The notes below the pieces were generated by a model. That model had not been told where the DNA came from. It saw only the letters and a program-made list of their open reading frames with translations, and ran no database searches. A DNA stretch of 20,000 nucleotides from an uncultured virus (IMG/VR IMGVR_UViG_3300036398_005783) (Duplodnaviria > Heunggongvirae > Uroviricota > Caudoviricetes). Each line of letters opens with the position of its first letter. Positions within the stretch are counted from its first letter, which is position 1. The stretch lies in IMG/VR virus record IMGVR_UViG_3300036398_005783. One strand, 5' to 3'. A program made the translations under genes and the position numbers. Below are positions 16,896-20,000 of this stretch, one piece after another.

Positions 16896-17162
16896 TTATT
16901 TTTGTTTATACAATTTTATCTTCAAATCTCCACTTCCTTTTATTAACCTGTGATAAACTTCTTTTGCTATAAAGACTTTATCTTTTATTTCTTTAGGAAG
17001 TTCATTATCTATTTGAATTTTCCAATCCGTCTCATGTAGGGGTTCAATAAATCTATCTTCTTCATCTCTGTGCCAAGTAAAATCACCAGAATCTTCATTT
17101 TCAGAGAAAATTCTAATATAAACATTATCTTCAATATGTTTTTCTTGGAAAGGGAGTTTCAT
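16896..17162 (-). CDS. Small cupin-like conserved phage protein
   Basis: TWHRDEEDR...W..QIDNELP...FI....YHRLIKG cupin-like His motifs. Confidence 0.7.
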   Translation of the reverse strand: MKLPFQEKHIEDNVYIRIFSENEDSGDFTWHRDEEDRFIEPLHETDWKIQIDNELPKEIKDKVFIAKEVYHRLIKGSGDLKIKLYKQK

Positions 17163-17165
17163 AAA

Positions 17166-17753
17166 TTACCAATAACCAGGATAACTTTTACCACCCCAAA
17201 GATGAGCATATCTATTTACTCTACATGCCCAATACCCAGGAGTCAATTTATTTGTTTTAAGATGACACTTATGCCTTGATGCAAATCTTTTTCTTGCTTC
17301 TGGATCTGCTACCTTTGCTTTCAATCCACCTTTAACATCACCAAAATGAACAACCTTTACATTGTTTGTTTTTGGATCTTTGACATATACCTTATATTTC
17401 TTTGGACCTGAACTTCTTGTAGGTCTATTTAATTCAACAGACTTACCTTGATATTCTGCTTCTAAAATTTGAATATATTCATCTGTAAAAAGTGGTAAAT
17501 CAAGAGGTACTAATTCACCATTATAGTGTTCAAATATCCCAATGTCTGTATTTCTGAAAAGATAATCATCAACTTCATTAAGATTTTCAAACAAACCTTT
17601 TTCATAGCACTCTCTTGATTCTCTCAATAATTCAAAATAAGATTCAGATTCAGGTCTGAATACATTATCAACGAGAGGAATATTATTAGTTATATGATAA
17701 TTTAGATTTTCAGATATTTCCTGAAACTCTTTGAAATTTTTAATCAAATTCAT
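17166..17753 (-). CDS. Conserved viral protein: acidic N-region with leader, basic C-domain (VHFG...RF..RH...GYW; DUF5754-like)
   Basis: MNLIKNFKEFQEISE; KKYKVYVK..KVVHFG..ARKRFASRHKC..PGYWAC. Family name from memory; AATATATAG box at 17772-17780. Confidence 0.65.
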   Translation of the reverse strand: MNLIKNFKEFQEISENLNYHITNNIPLVDNVFRPESESYFELLRESRECYEKGLFENLNEVDDYLFRNTDIGIFEHYNGELVPLDLPLFTDEYIQILEAEYQGKSVELNRPTRSSGPKKYKVYVKDPKTNNVKVVHFGDVKGGLKAKVADPEARKRFASRHKCHLKTNKLTPGYWACRVNRYAHLWGGKSYPGYW

Positions 17754-17783
17754 AATTACATCTATTTTATTCTATATATTGAA

Positions 17784-18017
17784 TTATGAAATTAGTTTGA
17801 TTAAATTATCATAGTGGCTTTGTGCTATTTCTGTTAATTTTATTTTATCCGAATTATCTATGAATTTTACAGACTTTAGATTAAATAAATCATTTGAGAA
17901 ATAAAGATTATTAGTGCCATCTTCTTTTTCTTCTATCCAATACAAAATATTATTTTCTTCATCAATAGCTTGAATGATAGAATCTTCACAAAAAATATTC
18001 CAAACGAGTGTTTTCAT
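17784..18017 (-). CDS. Small hypothetical protein
   Basis: 77-aa ORF starting 1 nt after the upstream stop. Confidence 0.65.
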   Translation of the reverse strand: MKTLVWNIFCEDSIIQAIDEENNILYWIEEKEDGTNNLYFSNDLFNLKSVKFIDNSDKIKLTEIAQSHYDNLIKLIS

Positions 18018-18018
18018 T

Positions 18019-18255
18019 TTAACCTTTTAAAATTTCTTTAAGTTCTGATTTTAGTTTTTTTGCATTATCACCTCTAAATGTAGAAGCATTGGCAAGAAAA
18101 TAATTTACAATCTCTGAAGCTGAATCAAAACCATATTTATCTTTAGGTGTAGATAGAAAAAGCATAGCTTCAAGATATGGTTTAGCACCAAAATAAACTT
18201 TATCGCCCCATTCTTTTTGAATATCACGAGCGATTTCAAAAATTCTTCTTTCCAT
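18019..18255 (-). CDS. Conserved small phage protein (78 aa); start corrected from 18390
   Basis: MERRIFEIARDIQKEW...AKPYLEAM...YFLANASTFRG..AKKLKSELK; SD GGAG; longer start spans the promoter. Confidence 0.8.
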   Translation of the reverse strand: MERRIFEIARDIQKEWGDKVYFGAKPYLEAMLFLSTPKDKYGFDSASEIVNYFLANASTFRGDNAKKLKSELKEILKG

Positions 18256-18317
18256 AATAAACTCCAATAACAATAATAAAACAAACAAAATATAAGTGAT
18301 TACTAAAATCAACTGCA

Positions 18318-18348
18318 CAAATATAGGTAAAAGATAATAAATAACCAA
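18318..18348 (-). promoter_or_regulatory. Class I FCB-type promoter
   Basis: TTGG-N19-TATATTTG. Confidence 0.75.
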
Positions 18349-18391
18349 ATAAAAAATCAAATATATACTATTAGTCAAAATACTATACAAT

Positions 18392-18793
18392 ATGCACCAT
18401 ATCCTTGAATTTGAAGAATGGAATAGAAAAGCAGATTCTAATAATCTAAACGAATCAACATCGGCTTTCTTAACAAATCATATAATGTTTGAATTAGAGA
18501 AAAGAAATATTCTGTTTGACCATTGGAAAACAGGTGAAATCTTTGCAAAAGAAATAGAGAATATTATACAAATTCTATTTAATGATAAAGAAATAAAACA
18601 ATTAAGAAAACAGATAATAAAAGACAAAACTTTGATGCATAATATAGCAACCATATTTGTAGGAAAAGTTAAAGATGCAAGAAGAATTTTATCAAAAAAA
18701 GGATATGCAAGACCAAAGGAAATGGATTTGAATCATATTATGAAATCCTATGTTCCAGAAATTATTGAACAAATTAAAAATTTAGTCAAATAA
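18392..18793 (+). CDS. Hypothetical protein with CTS-like leader
   Basis: MHHILEFEEWN...LNES; AATATATA box at 18360-18367. Confidence 0.75.
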   Translation: MHHILEFEEWNRKADSNNLNESTSAFLTNHIMFELEKRNILFDHWKTGEIFAKEIENIIQILFNDKEIKQLRKQIIKDKTLMHNIATIFVGKVKDARRILSKKGYARPKEMDLNHIMKSYVPEIIEQIKNLVK

Positions 18794-18831
18794 ACTTATT
18801 TTACCAATTTTCTATATTCAGAAAAAAAGTT

Positions 18832-19287
18832 ATGAATACTCAAGCAAACGAAAAGGATTTTTTGATAGAAGTGGATTCAATATCCTTACCTATTTTTATT
18901 TTTCATGGAGAAACAACCGACATTCCATCAAACATTAGTTTTTCAGTTGATGAAAATGGGATAAGAACGCTTTTAACTCCAGAAGAAAAAGCAAAAGAAA
19001 TATTATTCAATTCCGTAGTTCAGACAAGAGAAGAACAAGAATTAATTAAACGAGTACAAAGCGAAAATGGAATTGAAAATTCTTTGGTTGAAATTGAAAT
19101 GGATTGTGGTGATAAAACCCTTATAAAAAACTCAAGATATAACTTGAGTCTGCTTTTTAATGGATACTCTGAATCAGGAAAAGCCAAATTTATTGTAGTA
19201 CAAGATACTATAAGCGGAAATTTCCGTGAAACTTCAGAGTTACTATCTAATTCTAAAATTATCACAAATCAATTAAACTTATTCTAA
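18832..19287 (+). CDS. Hypothetical protein
   Basis: 151-aa ORF followed by a terminator. Confidence 0.7.
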   Translation: MNTQANEKDFLIEVDSISLPIFIFHGETTDIPSNISFSVDENGIRTLLTPEEKAKEILFNSVVQTREEQELIKRVQSENGIENSLVEIEMDCGDKTLIKNSRYNLSLLFNGYSESGKAKFIVVQDTISGNFRETSELLSNSKIITNQLNLF

Positions 19288-19292
19288 AATAA

Positions 19293-19319
19293 AAAACCCA
19301 AGATTTAATCTTGGGTTTT
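19293..19319. terminator. Bidirectional intrinsic terminator
   Basis: AAAACCCAAGAT-tta-ATCTTGGGTTTT. Confidence 0.85.
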
Positions 19320-19322
19320 CTT

Positions 19323-20000
19323 TTATCCTCTTCCTTTTACTGAATCTCGTTTTATATCTATACTATCTTTAGTCCTTTTTCTTTCATATCCTATTCTATT
19401 GTGATGAATCCATTTATTGAATTGCTCAAGTTGAATTGGATTTAGAATAGGTAACAATGCTTGTATAAATTCTCTATCACACATTTCCATACATTCTCTA
19501 ACCTTAAATGATTCATTTAGAGACCTTAATTGTTTAATGATAGAAGCATTTAGCAATCTAATTTGAGTTCTTGCTTCAACTTTAGAAATTAAATTCGAAT
19601 CTAATTTTGTCTTAATTTCTTCTCGTAATACTTTAGCAGAATCAATTATCTCCTTTTCTCTCACTTTTATAGTATGTAAGCAAGATTGAATACAACTACG
19701 ATGTTTTTCTAAAAGTCTATTGGTAAAAATAGTTTGATTGCTATCTAAATTCATTCTCTTGATAATACCATTAAATATATTTCGGTTGGATTGAGATTTA
19801 GCAGAATCTCTCGTAACTTTAACATAAATATCGCTGTAATCCCCAATTTCAATATAATCTGGATTATAAGCATTGATAGAATAGGTGCTCTCTTTAAGAA
19901 TTTCTATTTCATTTTCATTTGTATTAATTACATTTGAATTTTCACAAGATGTAAAAATGAAAAATACACCTAAAATTGTCGTCAATAATAAACTTTTCAT
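19323..20000 (-). CDS. Predicted lipoprotein, helical (Spy/CpxP-like features)
   Basis: MKSLLLTTILGVFFIFTS-C lipobox; MNLDSNQ and ILNPIQLEQF resemble LTxxQ motifs; two CxxxC pairs. Confidence 0.7.
   Translation of the reverse strand: MKSLLLTTILGVFFIFTSCENSNVINTNENEIEILKESTYSINAYNPDYIEIGDYSDIYVKVTRDSAKSQSNRNIFNGIIKRMNLDSNQTIFTNRLLEKHRSCIQSCLHTIKVREKEIIDSAKVLREEIKTKLDSNLISKVEARTQIRLLNASIIKQLRSLNESFKVRECMEMCDREFIQALLPILNPIQLEQFNKWIHHNRIGYERKRTKDSIDIKRDSVKGRG

Noticed and set aside
1915..19265. Antisense/shadow ORFs in the track (1915-2184, 2066-2260, 2899-3147, 5039-5233, 8780-8989, 8968-9159, 9577-9759, 9837-10157, 11299-11496, 12821-13015, 13002-13199, 15300-15485, 16156-16398, 16696-16884, 17070-17279, 19020-19265)
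   Set aside because: They overlap better-supported genes, lack promoter/SD support, and mostly have F/S/I/L-rich reverse-frame composition.
1..20000. Stop-codon recoding (TAG/TGA), as in some huge phages
   Set aside because: MetK, tyrosinase and other genes are full length in code 11 and coding density is already high.
1..20000. CRISPR array, tRNA, rRNA, IS/integrase, retron or DGR
   Set aside because: No regularly spaced direct repeats, cloverleafs, transposase or reverse transcriptase motifs seen by eye.
1..20000. Eukaryotic giant virus origin (ankyrins, TATA-like boxes)
   Set aside because: Intrinsic terminators, SD sites, FCB-type promoters, a lipobox, a T9SS CTD and a PG-binding domain all indicate a bacterial host.

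Overview
Very AT-rich, densely packed 20-kb window. It is best read as an accessory region of a large T4-like (jumbo/huge) phage infecting an FCB-group bacterium; this is inference, since no core capsid, terminase or polymerase gene is in the window. Recognisable genes: MetK, a membrane-anchored tyrosinase/polyphenol oxidase, three paralogous ankyrin proteins, a CAP/SCP protein, a T9SS-CTD protein plus fibre-like partner, an HEXXH protein, a PG-binding + phosphodiester glycosidase, a cupin and several conserved small phage proteins. The sequence shows two interleaved expression programmes. Class I has nine promoters with identical geometry, TTGN-N19-TATnTTTG (Bacteroidota-type -33/-7), and its genes carry Shine-Dalgarno sites. 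Class II has about 14 (G/A)ATATATA boxes (T4-late-like) and its genes lack SD sites. Eleven mostly unrelated class II proteins share an N-terminal leader resembling the T4 capsid-targeting sequence, suggesting a large packaged/injected cargo set. The promoter map also exposes two candidate structured small RNAs (one facing a 35-aa hydrophobic peptide, type I TA-like) and an ArfA-like peptide missed by the ORF track.
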